Both the position numbers and the translations under genes were made by a program. 32,000 nucleotides of DNA from assembly GCF_000092465.1 (NCBI RefSeq), contig NC_014205.1, positions 120,001-152,000 on the forward strand, read 5' to 3'. This document shows positions 1-9,458 of the stretch, piece after piece. The number at the start of each line of letters is the position of its first letter. The stretch's first letter is position 1. The notes beneath the pieces are model-generated. The model was not told the DNA's origin. It did not search any database and saw only the letters and a program-made list of their open reading frames with translations. This stretch comes from Staphylothermus hellenicus DSM 12710 (lineage in GTDB: Archaea; Thermoproteota; Thermoprotei_A; Sulfolobales; Desulfurococcaceae).

Positions 1-865
1 TATGAACTTGGCAAAGATAACTAGTAAGCCTCCGATATAGTTTGTAGAGATATCGATAGGCCATGAACCACCTAGGAATAGTAAAACATATATTATTGGA
101 ACAACTATTCTCTCAGCAAACAATATAAAGAATGCTAATGCAAGTCTAGGCCCACCATACTCTGTAAATATACCCCAATATATTTCGCCTTCAGCTTCTG
201 GGAAATCAAAAGGTTTAATCTCCAATATCCCCATCATGGCGAGAAAACCTGCGATCGCCGCAATTATCATTGCTATGAGGGAGAATACATTATCGGTCCA
301 TAACTGATAAGATATTAGCGATGATCTATATAGGCTATATTCCACGCCGGGATCTATTTTTGAAGCAATAATCACTGGCACCAAGAAACTACTAATATAT
401 GCAGGCTCGGCACTGACAAGTAAAGCCATATACCTGCCAACACCAAGACTTGTATAGGGATTAGGGGTTGCTAATCCTAGAAACATTATTGATAAACTAG
501 CCCATAACGCTAGATAGAAGAATAATATGATGTCGAATGGTGCATGAACAGGGTCATATGCTAACGGCGTCATCAATGTCAATACAGTTATTGCACCAAC
601 ACCTAAAGCAGCAATAATAACAGGGGCTATCTTCGCCGAATACCTCGATACAACATCTTCCTTAAGCAACAGCTTCATGAGATCAGCGAATGGTTGTAGA
701 AGACCAAACGGCCCAACATATGTTGGTCCCCGCCTATACTGTACTCTGCCAGCAACTTTTCTATAGATCCACTGCGTAAATATTATCATTATTATTATGA
801 ATAATAAGCCAGGATATAATAGAGATTGTAAGGTATAGGAACCTAGATCTCCCCATGTCATCCAT
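1..865 (-). CDS. NuoH/ND1/MbhM-like integral membrane subunit of the Mbh/Mbx-type complex (N-terminal part; C-terminus lies beyond the window start)
   Basis: Absent from the ORF track because it runs off the window edge. My translation of the minus strand from the ATG at 865-863 reads [76 protein letters not shown]... The GRxQxRxGP..VGPxGLLQPxADxxKLxxKE signature is diagnostic of NuoH/HycD/MbhM. The start lies 2 nt after the stop of the upstream ORF. Confidence 0.8.
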
Positions 866-867
866 GA

Positions 868-1218
868 TCACCCATAAACATATGCTAATACAATTATAGT
901 TAACAACAATACAAGCATCCATGCGAACCAATTATTTAAAATACTTGTTCCACCGCCCTCCTCAATAATTTTAGAGAGTTTTGGAAGGGATCTTTTAATA
1001 ATATCGGTGAACACGTGTGAGACAGGTGCAGATAAAGTCTCCTCTGTGTATTCTTGGCCGCACATTACAACTTCTTCTTTTAACCTACTCGGGCTCTTCA
1101 GCTTCTCCCCATAAATCTTACCTAATAGTTTATAGAGGATCAAATATATAATTATTCCATTTAAAACCGCTAACCCGGTCACCAGTAGAGTTGCTATATA
1201 GATATCTAACCCATTCAT
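868..1218 (-). CDS. Small two-TM membrane subunit, MbhI-like by size and position
   Basis: 116 aa with hydrophobic N- and C-terminal helices flanking a charged loop. It sits between the MrpE-like and NuoH-like genes of the operon. The assignment rests on size and context only. Confidence 0.4.
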   Translation of the reverse strand: MNGLDIYIATLLVTGLAVLNGIIIYLILYKLLGKIYGEKLKSPSRLKEEVVMCGQEYTEETLSAPVSHVFTDIIKRSLPKLSKIIEEGGGTSILNNWFAWMLVLLLTIIVLAYVYG

Positions 1219-1234
1219 TAATGCTCACCCCTCT

Positions 1235-1747
1235 CTAATCAAATATTTTCTTAGCATATTTCTCAAAAACACTAGAGATATGCACCCATGCCCCCTCATC
1301 TGATAGGTCAACTGCTCTTATCCAGTGAACATAGAGGTGTTTCTTGTTCTCATCGACATCGATAGTTATTGTTCCAGGGGTATTTGTTATTGAATTAGCT
1401 ATGGTTGTAACAGCATAATCTGTTTCTACACTATAGGGTATTCTCACAATTGCAGGCTTAACATTTGATGGTTTAAATATCAACTTTATAACCTCCCAGT
1501 GAGCTTTCGCTTCTATTATGGTGAAATATAGTATTGCATAGACTAAGCCCCAAAACCACCTAATAGGACTATATATTTTTCCAGCGTTTCTTACTACAGC
1601 ATCACCGAATAGGTAAGCTACAAATACAGCAACAATTATTCCCAGTAATAACTCGAACAAACTATATGATCCAGTGTAGATTAGGTAAATAATTATTAAT
1701 GGAATAATTAACGCTATAATTGCTTTCACTTTATCCACTCTTCTCAC
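1235..1747 (-). CDS. MrpE/MnhE (MbhA)-like antiporter-module subunit
   Basis: 170 aa with N-terminal TM helices and a C-terminal ITNTPGTITIDVDENKKHLYVHWI segment resembling the MnhE TLTPGT...vH motif. Overlaps the upstream gene by 17 nt. Confidence 0.6.
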   Translation of the reverse strand: MRRVDKVKAIIALIIPLIIIYLIYTGSYSLFELLLGIIVAVFVAYLFGDAVVRNAGKIYSPIRWFWGLVYAILYFTIIEAKAHWEVIKLIFKPSNVKPAIVRIPYSVETDYAVTTIANSITNTPGTITIDVDENKKHLYVHWIRAVDLSDEGAWVHISSVFEKYAKKIFD

Positions 1748-2156
1748 CTCTAATTTTCTTCTCCAACAATCTTACATCCAGTGTTCCATATTTTTGGTAG
1801 AGAAGCAATGTTACATAGCCAAGGAATACGAGAACAGCTAGCCCGATTACTATAGCTGTAACAACTAGGACTTGTGGAATGGGGTCAACAGCTTCTCCAG
1901 CGAAATTCAATAATTCATTGTAACCAGCAACCGGGTGATCTGTAAATGATATTCCCGGGAATACTGGCGGCTTAATCATGCCTGCGTGGACACCGATCAT
2001 GACAGCTATAAGATTGCCTGTATCGCTAAGTATGCTTAGAAGTATTAGTTTCTTAACAATATTGGGACGTGTAGCCATTCCATATACTGTGATCACTATT
2101 ATTGTTATAGTGACAGCATATATATAGCTCCATATAAGTGTTGAAACATCAATCAC
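1731..2156 (-). CDS. MrpC/NuoK (MbhG)-like membrane subunit
   Basis: 141 aa, three predicted TM helices, operon context. 4-nt overlap with the upstream gene. Confidence 0.55.
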   Translation of the reverse strand: MIDVSTLIWSYIYAVTITIIVITVYGMATRPNIVKKLILLSILSDTGNLIAVMIGVHAGMIKPPVFPGISFTDHPVAGYNELLNFAGEAVDPIPQVLVVTAIVIGLAVLVFLGYVTLLLYQKYGTLDVRLLEKKIRGEKSG

Positions 2157-2989
2157 TCTATATCACCTCCCTCAACGAGCTTCTTCTTCGGCAAAGCCAT
2201 TATTATAAAAGCAAGGCTGAGACCAGCCGATACAGCTAGAAACTCGGCTAGATTGAGGAATATGAGAGAGCCGCTGTAGAGTATATTTCCGAAAACACCT
2301 AAATCGACGAGGTACCCCATACCAATAGGTGCCCAGGGCTTCCATTGATTCTGCACAATATATGCTGTAATACCACTAAATACTCCGACAACAAACAATG
2401 ATATAACAGTTGTAGAAATAATTAGTAATCCCAAAGTTCTAAAACCTAGTAATCTCATCTTAGTCCATCCCCTTCTATAGAGGAAACCTGTTCCAAGAGC
2501 TACTATAGCTAGTAGTGAAGATACTGCGAATATGCTTCCACCCTGGAATCCTCCACCGGGAGTTAAGTGTCCATGTAAAGCAACACTGGCAGCAACTACA
2601 GGAACGGCTACAAGTATTATTTTTGTTACTGTTTTCGAAATAACACTCATACCCTTGATACCCAAGGATTCCTTATCTATCTTCACGCTTCTAACAAGCA
2701 TTAAGCCACCTATTATAGCGAAGAAGAACACACTCGTCTCGTATACTGTGTCTAAACCACGATAATCCCATAGAATACTGGTAACAACTTCTGGGCTGCC
2801 ACTCCACCATTCTTTATTCTCCCAATTATACGTGCTTGTCAAAAACCAGTTAGCAAGCCATCTATTGGTTTCCTGGGGAGGAATACTTATAACGAAAAAT
2901 GATACTAGCACATAGGATAATATAACAATTATTGATGCAGCCACAATAGATAATAATACATCCCTACCTGAAACCTTACCCTCCACCAT
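2153..2989 (-). CDS. MrpB/MnhB-domain membrane subunit (MbhE/F-like)
   Basis: 278 aa, polytopic. The ILWDYRGLDTVYETSVFFFAIIG segment matches the MnhB DyRg.DTlgE motif. Confidence 0.65.
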   Translation of the reverse strand: MVEGKVSGRDVLLSIVAASIIVILSYVLVSFFVISIPPQETNRWLANWFLTSTYNWENKEWWSGSPEVVTSILWDYRGLDTVYETSVFFFAIIGGLMLVRSVKIDKESLGIKGMSVISKTVTKIILVAVPVVAASVALHGHLTPGGGFQGGSIFAVSSLLAIVALGTGFLYRRGWTKMRLLGFRTLGLLIISTTVISLFVVGVFSGITAYIVQNQWKPWAPIGMGYLVDLGVFGNILYSGSLIFLNLAEFLAVSAGLSLAFIIMALPKKKLVEGGDIE

Positions 2990-3288
2990 TACCTACCACC
3001 ACTCTTCTCTAATGCTTCGCTCAAGGACTCATATTCTGTATCCTCTGTGCGTGAAATTATGAAGAGGAATAAAGCAGTATACATACCTACACCAACAGCT
3101 ACATAGGCTAATACGAGGTCGGGTGCAGCTAATAATGTGAGAGCCAATGTATATGCAACTGCTTGGCCAGCAGAGTAAATAGTTGCTTTTACTAGATTCT
3201 TAGCTTTCAGAGTCATATATGTGAGTATTAATGCATAGGTCATGAATAATGCTAATAAAATATAGCATAGTGGAATGCTCGGTATCAT
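2989..3288 (-). CDS. MbhD-like small membrane subunit (MrpA C-terminal/DUF4040-like)
   Basis: 99 aa, three TM helices, with an AAPDLVLAYVAVGVG segment similar to the APDVAlt motif of MbhD-type proteins. Start and stop overlap the neighbouring genes. Confidence 0.5.
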   Translation of the reverse strand: MIPSIPLCYILLALFMTYALILTYMTLKAKNLVKATIYSAGQAVAYTLALTLLAAPDLVLAYVAVGVGMYTALFLFIISRTEDTEYESLSEALEKSGGR

Positions 3289-3680
3289 TGCTTACCAGCC
3301 CCCTTCTCCTCATCTTCTAAAAGCTTATCAGCAATTATGGGTTCAGGCATAACAATCCTTGACTTATGAGCGCCTTGAGCAAGTGCATGGCTCCCAACAG
3401 GAGCAGTTAAAACTAGGAAAAACGCCGTAGTAAAAGCTATTCCCGAAATATAATATTTCATGCTTCCTAACCAGTCAAAAGTCAATGCTACTAATCCCAA
3501 ACCTATTAATGGATAAAATCCTCCACCAATAGCTCCAATTGTTGCAGCATGTAGTCTAAGATAGAAGTTCTTAAACCTATTCATACCTATAGAAGCTATA
3601 ATGTCAAGTACTCCTCCAACCAGTATTAGAGCCATACCAGCATAGTAAGCTATAGCTTCCAATATCACGCCTACATCCAT
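3285..3680 (-). CDS. MrpG/MnhG (MbhC)-like subunit
   Basis: 131 aa. SIGMNRFKNFYLRLHAATIGAIGG matches the MnhG lRfpDfy.RlHa..k..tlG motif. Confidence 0.65.
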   Translation of the reverse strand: MDVGVILEAIAYYAGMALILVGGVLDIIASIGMNRFKNFYLRLHAATIGAIGGGFYPLIGLGLVALTFDWLGSMKYYISGIAFTTAFFLVLTAPVGSHALAQGAHKSRIVMPEPIIADKLLEDEEKGAGKQ

Positions 3681-3682
3681 AT

Positions 3683-3976
3683 CTAATCACCCAGCTCTCT
3701 TTTGACCAGGTACTTTGAAACATACATGTCTAGGAGATAAGCCCATAATACCAAGGGTAATGCTCCAACTGCTAGTAGCGGCGAATTACATAGTAAGCTA
3801 AACAATACCATGAAAACAGCTAGATCATAGGATAAAGTATCAACAGCCAATACTATATCCGGCAGCGACGGCCCTTTAACTACTCGTGTAAAATAAAATA
3901 TTGATGCTAAAACGAATAATCCAGTAGCAAAGGATAAGAGATACAATGTTGTTTCTTGGGGCGGTAGCAGAGACAT
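3683..3976 (-). CDS. MrpF/MnhF (MbhB)-like subunit
   Basis: 97 aa. TRVVKGPSLPDIVLAVDTL matches the MnhF R.ikGPt..DRv.alD motif. Confidence 0.65.
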   Translation of the reverse strand: MSLLPPQETTLYLLSFATGLFVLASIFYFTRVVKGPSLPDIVLAVDTLSYDLAVFMVLFSLLCNSPLLAVGALPLVLWAYLLDMYVSKYLVKRELGD

Positions 3977-3986
3977 ATTAACACCT

Positions 3987-4460
3987 CTACTTCTTCTTCT
4001 TTGGTGGAGGAGTTAGGGGAGGTTTCCAAGTATCTTTGCTTAATGTAATAACGTATTTTCCTTCGGGAGGTTTAGCCAGCATTTCCGGTGTATACAATGT
4101 TGTTGCTTTATCCTCTGTTATCAAATGTTCCATGGTATAATTAGTCATCGCTAACGCGTTCACAGGGCATGCCTCAACACATAAGCCACAATATGTGCAT
4201 CTACTATAATCTATTCCTGGAAAAATCTTCTTTCTATTCTTAGGATAATCTCCTTCAACATGGTACATTTTAATAGCATCAGCTGGACACGCTAGTTGGC
4301 ATGCACGGCAACCTATACATCTATCCATATAGAGTATATGTCTGGCTCTAGTCTTAGACGTGACATAGGCTTCTTCCTTATAGGGATACATACGTGTATA
4401 TGGCTTCTTAAACAAGTACTTAAAACCTAAGAGTACAGCTTTTAACACCATTTCTATCAC
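3987..4460 (-). CDS. NuoI/MbhN-like 2x[4Fe-4S] ferredoxin subunit
   Basis: Two complete CxxCxxCxxxCP motifs (CIGCRACQLACP and CTYCGLCVEACP). 4-nt overlap with the large-subunit gene. Confidence 0.85.
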   Translation of the reverse strand: MIEMVLKAVLLGFKYLFKKPYTRMYPYKEEAYVTSKTRARHILYMDRCIGCRACQLACPADAIKMYHVEGDYPKNRKKIFPGIDYSRCTYCGLCVEACPVNALAMTNYTMEHLITEDKATTLYTPEMLAKPPEGKYVITLSKDTWKPPLTPPPKKKK

Positions 4461-5584
4461 CTATCAATATCTGGAGCACATGGATCAAAGCTTCCGATAA
4501 GAACAGGTAAATCAGCTACAGTTATTTCTTCATTATGAACAATATGTTTTAGCACAGTGGTTAAATGAGCCATTGTTGGTCCACGGAATTTTATCCGGTA
4601 GGGATTTAAGGGTTTCGAATACCTATGAGCTCCCGGCGGTCTCTGGAGAATGTGTGCTAGGAATTCTCCCCTAGCGCTCTCAACCCTACCTATACCTTCA
4701 CCGGTCGGTATTGCAGCGGGTAGTCTATACCTGTATGGCCCCTCTGTAGGCATTTTTTCAACAGCTTGCCTAATGATCTCCATGCTAATATACATCTCCC
4801 TAAGTCTAACGAGGGCACGATCATAGGAGTCTCCATATTCTCCTGTTGGAATCTCAAAATCTATTTCTCCATAAGCATCATATTTTAGAGCCTTCCGTAA
4901 ATCGAATTTAACGCCGCTTCCACGCAGTGTAGGACCTGTTGCTCCTAATCTTATAGCATCTCCCGGTTTTAATCTACCCATATCCCTTGCTCTCTTCTCA
5001 AATATTGGGTGATAGAAGAAACCATCTCTTAGATCATCTATTAACGGCTTAATTACCTTCAAAACTTTCAGGGTTTTCTCCTTGAAGTCGCTGGGTATAT
5101 TCCACCTTATTCCTCCGGGGAAAATATAGTGGTGATAAACTCTATGCCCAGCAACATAGTCGAACCATTTAAGTATTTCTTCACGAGCTGCAATAGCCCA
5201 TGATGTAGCATATCTAGCAGCTATGGGCCCTGCAAAATGCATCATCCATAAAAGATGATTAGCCAATCTACTGAATTCGGCAACTATTACTCTAACATAT
5301 TTTGCCTTCTCAGGCGGCTCTATTCCGAATATTTGCTCCATTGCATGGGTATATGTAAGCTCTACATGATCAGGATCCTCGACACATACACGGGCAGACA
5401 AAACTAGATCCATGTCCCATCTACGATACTCCATCATTTTCTCGAATCCGCGATGCAGAAAACCTGGAATAAGATCTATGTCTAAGACACGTTCTCCGTC
5501 AAGCAATAATTTAAACCCAACATTACCTGGGGCACCAGGGTGTTGAGGGCCAAGAAATACCGTTAAAACCCTAGCCTTACTCAT
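4457..5584 (-). CDS. NuoD/group-4 [NiFe]-hydrogenase large-subunit homologue, Mbx(L)-like with an incomplete cysteine set
   Basis: 375 aa colinear with MbhL/NuoD. The N-terminal site reads RVCVEDPDH (canonical RxCGxCxxxH) and the C-terminal site reads DPCAPDIDR (canonical DPCxxCxxR). Confidence 0.85.
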   Translation of the reverse strand: MSKARVLTVFLGPQHPGAPGNVGFKLLLDGERVLDIDLIPGFLHRGFEKMMEYRRWDMDLVLSARVCVEDPDHVELTYTHAMEQIFGIEPPEKAKYVRVIVAEFSRLANHLLWMMHFAGPIAARYATSWAIAAREEILKWFDYVAGHRVYHHYIFPGGIRWNIPSDFKEKTLKVLKVIKPLIDDLRDGFFYHPIFEKRARDMGRLKPGDAIRLGATGPTLRGSGVKFDLRKALKYDAYGEIDFEIPTGEYGDSYDRALVRLREMYISMEIIRQAVEKMPTEGPYRYRLPAAIPTGEGIGRVESARGEFLAHILQRPPGAHRYSKPLNPYRIKFRGPTMAHLTTVLKHIVHNEEITVADLPVLIGSFDPCAPDIDR

Positions 5585-6135
5585 TTCTCCCCACCCTTCT
5601 CCACCAAGCTATATCCACCGAGACTCCTCTTCTGCACAGGTCTCTCGTATCTTTTGCCGCCATAGTAGAGTTTTAAAACAATATCTCTTGTATCAACATC
5701 TTTTCTCAGAGGCGGCGGTCCTTGCCAATTATCTTCCAGAATCCATTTACGAAGACCATCATGATTATTGAATCTTATACCGAAGAACTCGTATGCTTCT
5801 ATTTCTTGATAATATGCTAATGGATAGATAAACGAGGCTGTATCAATGACTGGGTTATCTCTGGGTAATTTTGTTCTAATAGCTACTAATTGTCCATTCT
5901 TAGATATAGAATCTATTAAGTAGACGAGCTCGAAAGCATTCTGGTCAGGATAGTCAATCACAGTTATCCCTATGAAATGATCATATCCAGCATCCTTGAC
6001 GGCTGGAAGAACCTTGCACAAGTCTTGTGGCTCAATATTTATCTCTATACGTTTACCTGTATCTGTGCCTTCGACTGAGAAACTATTCTTATACTTATCC
6101 GGCAGCTTCTCTATAAGTTCCTTATCAATCTCCAT
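5581..6135 (-). CDS. NuoC/MbhK-like subunit
   Basis: 184 aa. The YQEIEAYEFFGIRFNNHDGLRKWIL segment is typical of the NuoC E.e..d.fGi.f..hp.lr motif. Located between the NuoB- and NuoD-like genes. Confidence 0.75.
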   Translation of the reverse strand: MEIDKELIEKLPDKYKNSFSVEGTDTGKRIEINIEPQDLCKVLPAVKDAGYDHFIGITVIDYPDQNAFELVYLIDSISKNGQLVAIRTKLPRDNPVIDTASFIYPLAYYQEIEAYEFFGIRFNNHDGLRKWILEDNWQGPPPLRKDVDTRDIVLKLYYGGKRYERPVQKRSLGGYSLVEKGGEK

Positions 6136-6137
6136 CG

Positions 6138-6677
6138 TTAACCCCTTACTTTAGCCATTAATTTTTCACGCATTTCTATCTCTCTATAAATGAGTTCTTC
6201 GAGTTCTCCAGGCTCTTCTACCGGTCTAGGACTAACTATTCTGCCTTCACTGATCTTCTTTCTTAGCCTCAAGAATCCTTGAAGCCAATCCTCTGCTCTA
6301 GGCATACAGCCTGGTACCCATACATCGACAGGTAAAAATTCATCTACAGCTTTAATAGTTGAATAGCTATCCCAGTATAATCCACCGGTTGCTGGACAGT
6401 TGCATCCAACCATAACATATCGGGGCTCAGGCATTTGATGATAAAGCCTCATTAGAATCTTTAGTGTCTTCTTTGTAACATAACCCATTACTACTAGAAC
6501 ATCTGCTTGCCTAGGTGAAGGTGCAGCCATTATACCCCATCTTTCAGCATCTAGTGGAGCCACTATATTGGGTGGTAGCTCTATTGCTCCACATGCTGTA
6601 CAGTAATGTATCATCCAGATACTCCTGCTCCGAACCCATTCAGCGAATCCTGGCTTGGATTTTTTCTTTCCACTCAT
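6138..6677 (-). CDS. NuoB/MbhJ-like [4Fe-4S] small subunit
   Basis: Cys pattern HYCTACGAIE ... VGCNCPATGG ... VPGCMPR corresponds to the NuoB/hydrogenase small-subunit proximal-cluster ligands. Confidence 0.85.
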   Translation of the reverse strand: MSGKKKSKPGFAEWVRSRSIWMIHYCTACGAIELPPNIVAPLDAERWGIMAAPSPRQADVLVVMGYVTKKTLKILMRLYHQMPEPRYVMVGCNCPATGGLYWDSYSTIKAVDEFLPVDVWVPGCMPRAEDWLQGFLRLRKKISEGRIVSPRPVEEPGELEELIYREIEMREKLMAKVRG

Positions 6678-6682
6678 TTTAA

Positions 6683-8299
6683 CTAGCCACCTCTTAGAAG
6701 TGCTTGAGATAAATAATCATAAGCAGCTTTAACATATTCGTATCTAAACTGGTTAGAAAACATTGTCTCCACTATCCGGGACAATACTTGTTCATATAAG
6801 TAATTATAGAATATACCGGTTAATATAGTTGCTAAAACCAACAATACAATTAATGCTTTCGCAGAGTAAGAAGCTCTAGCTATTTTTCCAACAATACTGC
6901 GCCTCCTATAACCGATTGTTACAAACCATAATCTAGAGAAGCCTATGAATGCTAGCGCTGATCCCAATAAGATAACTATGAGTAATGGATAAATTCCCGA
7001 ATCAAGAACTGCTTCGAACAACATTAGTTTTGCAAAGAACATGTTAAGCGGAGGTATACCTACAACTGCTAGCCCGCCAAATAATAACGCAGAAGAAATA
7101 TATGGGTCAACTCCTCCGATCTCCTCTAATTTATCAATATCTGTAGTTTTATATTCAGCTTCAACTTCTCCAACAGCGATAAATAATAGTGGCTTAACTA
7201 TTGTATGTGCAAGAATATAGAATAATGCTGATTGTAGCCCGATCTTAGTGGCCAAGCCAATGCCGATCATTACATATCCCATATCGAGAATAGTACTATA
7301 TGCAACTATTCTTTTAGCATCCCTAGATACAGCCATCAAGTATCCTCCAGCAATAATATTTACGGTACCTAGAATTACTAGCAAGGAGAGGAGCCATAAC
7401 ACCTTATCAATTCCTACAATAACATATATTATCCTAATAATCGCATATGCCCCTATCCCCTCAGCAACCGCAGCCATTGTTGCAGCAGCCGAGGAGGGCA
7501 TACTAGAATAGGCATCTGGCAACCAGAAATGATGGGGGAAAATAGCAGATTCAATCATTAATGCCCAAACAGCTAGTCCAGCAAACAATGTGAGAACAGG
7601 AAACGGATTAGGGGCTAAACCAGTGGTTTCTCCGAAATAGTTCAAACCCATACTAGCGGCAGCAGCATCGGGCATAGCTAGAGTTCCTATACCGCTATAC
7701 AGAAATACGACGGCTAAGAAGTAAATAGTTGATCCAACAGCTCCGAATAATCCATACTTAATAGCAGCGTTTAAGGGCCTACCTTTTTCTCTGAAGTAAG
7801 CTGTTAAACCATATGCTGTAATGCTCATTACTTCTAACATTACGAATAAGTTGAAGAGATCACCTGTGTAGGCAATTCCAAGCATCCCGGCCTGTAAACC
7901 TAGATACAAGGTATAATACCATTCATTATGCTTAGAGCTTCTCTCAAGATAACTATATGAGACAATATTTACTAATGGAAAGACTAAGCCAACTAATAAG
8001 CCGAAGAAAGCGCCAAGAGTATCTACCTCATATATTATGCCGAAGGGAGCTGGAAAACCTGCAAATAAATATATGAGAACATTGTTTGAACCATGTATAT
8101 ATAGGTAAACGAGTGTTGTGAGGAACGCATTTATTAGAAATACAGTTTCTGAATAGATGAATGCAAATAATGATCTCTTATTAGACAACAAGGATGAGAG
8201 GAGTGGAAGCATAAATGCAGAAATTACAGCTAGTAATGGGGCTAAAGCAGCTGCTGTAACTGCGGCTGATTGATAAACCATTTTATCCTGCACCATCAA
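6683..8299 (-). CDS. MrpD/NuoN/MbhH-like antiporter-type subunit, first gene of the operon
   Basis: 538 aa, roughly 14 hydrophobic segments, with composition typical of the NuoL/M/N-MrpA/D family (FYILAHTIVKPLLF and similar segments). Preceded by a 124-nt non-coding gap. Confidence 0.8.
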   Translation of the reverse strand: MMVQDKMVYQSAAVTAAALAPLLAVISAFMLPLLSSLLSNKRSLFAFIYSETVFLINAFLTTLVYLYIHGSNNVLIYLFAGFPAPFGIIYEVDTLGAFFGLLVGLVFPLVNIVSYSYLERSSKHNEWYYTLYLGLQAGMLGIAYTGDLFNLFVMLEVMSITAYGLTAYFREKGRPLNAAIKYGLFGAVGSTIYFLAVVFLYSGIGTLAMPDAAAASMGLNYFGETTGLAPNPFPVLTLFAGLAVWALMIESAIFPHHFWLPDAYSSMPSSAAATMAAVAEGIGAYAIIRIIYVIVGIDKVLWLLSLLVILGTVNIIAGGYLMAVSRDAKRIVAYSTILDMGYVMIGIGLATKIGLQSALFYILAHTIVKPLLFIAVGEVEAEYKTTDIDKLEEIGGVDPYISSALLFGGLAVVGIPPLNMFFAKLMLFEAVLDSGIYPLLIVILLGSALAFIGFSRLWFVTIGYRRRSIVGKIARASYSAKALIVLLVLATILTGIFYNYLYEQVLSRIVETMFSNQFRYEYVKAAYDYLSQALLRGG

Positions 8300-8423
8300 A
8301 GTTAGGTTAAGCTAGCTAAAGACCTATTATAAGAGTCTTTTTGTTCAAGGTAATAAATTTTATCCGCCTATTAGAATATGGTTATGTGGGATAGTAATGG
8401 GATAAATCAGAAGATATAAGTGT

Positions 8424-8624
8424 TTAGGGATCATATACAGGAATCTTATTTAGGTCGAGTATTCCGGTTTTTATTTTCATTTCTAACCTGTAAGCAACAT
8501 ATTTATCTTCTGGACTAAATCTTGGGGGATGGGGGACAATAAGTTCTCCGCCACAATATGGGCAACGATCATGGTTGAGGGTGTATCTACCGCATCTAAT
8601 ACATTTACGCATCAGCCACCTCAT
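8424..8624 (-). CDS. nop10: H/ACA RNP protein Nop10
   Basis: Zn-ribbon CIRCGRYT...CPYCGG followed by PHPPRFSPEDKY, the Nop10 signature. ATGA overlap with the aIF2-alpha stop. The aIF2-alpha/Nop10 adjacency is conserved in archaea. The true start may be the second Met (MRKCIRCG). Confidence 0.85.
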   Translation of the reverse strand: MRWLMRKCIRCGRYTLNHDRCPYCGGELIVPHPPRFSPEDKYVAYRLEMKIKTGILDLNKIPVYDP

Positions 8625-9424
8625 TTTCTTTCACGCTCAAACCTAAACTCTACCTTTAACTCCTTCGCTAGTTTCTCGGTAGTTGCCAGTATTTCCTTTA
8701 ATATTTTCTCGGCTTCCTTATAATCTGGAGCTGTTATCTCTACAACGTATCGTGGAGATCCTAATAGATATATTCTTCCCTTAACATTATCTCCTACTTT
8801 ATCAAGGATTTCCTTAGCTGATAATAATATCTTCTTTATTCTCTCAACTCCATCTGATTCATAGCTTCTCAAAAACATTAATCCCCTTATCTTCACCATT
8901 TTCACTTTAACATGTCTTAGAGCGTCATTGTATAATGGCTTAATCCATTCTTCTGGAATACCTGCTTCGCGTAGAGCATCTGGTCCTCTGATAACAGCTT
9001 CTTCGAGCCCTAATAATGGATCACCATAATAGTCTTCAAGTTTCCACACAACCTCTCTATAAGCATCTTCAATGCTCTTACCTATTTTCTCAGCAACAAG
9101 CTCTACTATTTTAGATGCTTTCAAGTATCTTTTCCACCACAGAACTTTTCTTCTCTTCTCATTTTCGGGAACCTTCTTTAACGATACATCAACAGTTTTC
9201 CTGCGTCTATTAACCCTGATAACTTTAACAACTATTTTCTGGTTCTCACGTATAACGTCGCGAATATTTCTAACCCATCTAGAAGCCACTTCGCTCCACG
9301 GCAAATATGCTTCTAAACCATTATATTCATCCAGCGTAACATAGGCTCCATAATCAAAGATCTTCTTGACTGTTGCTATAACATATTCTCCAACATTTGG
9401 CAGTTCTTTTCTAGGTATAGGCAT
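8621..9424 (-). CDS. eif2a: Translation initiation factor aIF2 alpha subunit
   Basis: MPIPRKELPNVGEYVIATVKKIFDYGAYVTLDEYNGLEAYLPWSEVASRWVRNIRDV is the S1 domain of e/aIF2-alpha. I place the start at the ATG at 9424, preceded by GGGAGGG 8 nt upstream. The longer track ORF (to 9628) overlaps the upstream gene and is rejected. Confidence 0.9.
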   Translation of the reverse strand: MPIPRKELPNVGEYVIATVKKIFDYGAYVTLDEYNGLEAYLPWSEVASRWVRNIRDVIRENQKIVVKVIRVNRRRKTVDVSLKKVPENEKRRKVLWWKRYLKASKIVELVAEKIGKSIEDAYREVVWKLEDYYGDPLLGLEEAVIRGPDALREAGIPEEWIKPLYNDALRHVKVKMVKIRGLMFLRSYESDGVERIKKILLSAKEILDKVGDNVKGRIYLLGSPRYVVEITAPDYKEAEKILKEILATTEKLAKELKVEFRFERERK

Positions 9425-9458
9425 CTCTACAGCCCTCCCTTCTCTTCTACGTCTTTCT

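Noticed and set aside
4457-5584. Calling the complex a bona fide H2-evolving membrane-bound [NiFe]-hydrogenase (Mbh).
   Set aside because: The large-subunit homologue lacks the second Cys of both NiFe-binding pairs (CVED and CAPD instead of CGxC and CxxC), so an Mbx/MBS-like or other non-hydrogenase function is more defensible.
8311-8340. Inverted repeat AAAGAC-N11-GTCTTT (8318-8340) and the GCTAGC palindrome (8311-8316) upstream of the Mbx-like operon, considered as an operator (for example SurR-like).
   Set aside because: It has only 6 bp arms and no match to the GTTn3AAC SurR motif, so it cannot be distinguished from chance without comparative data.
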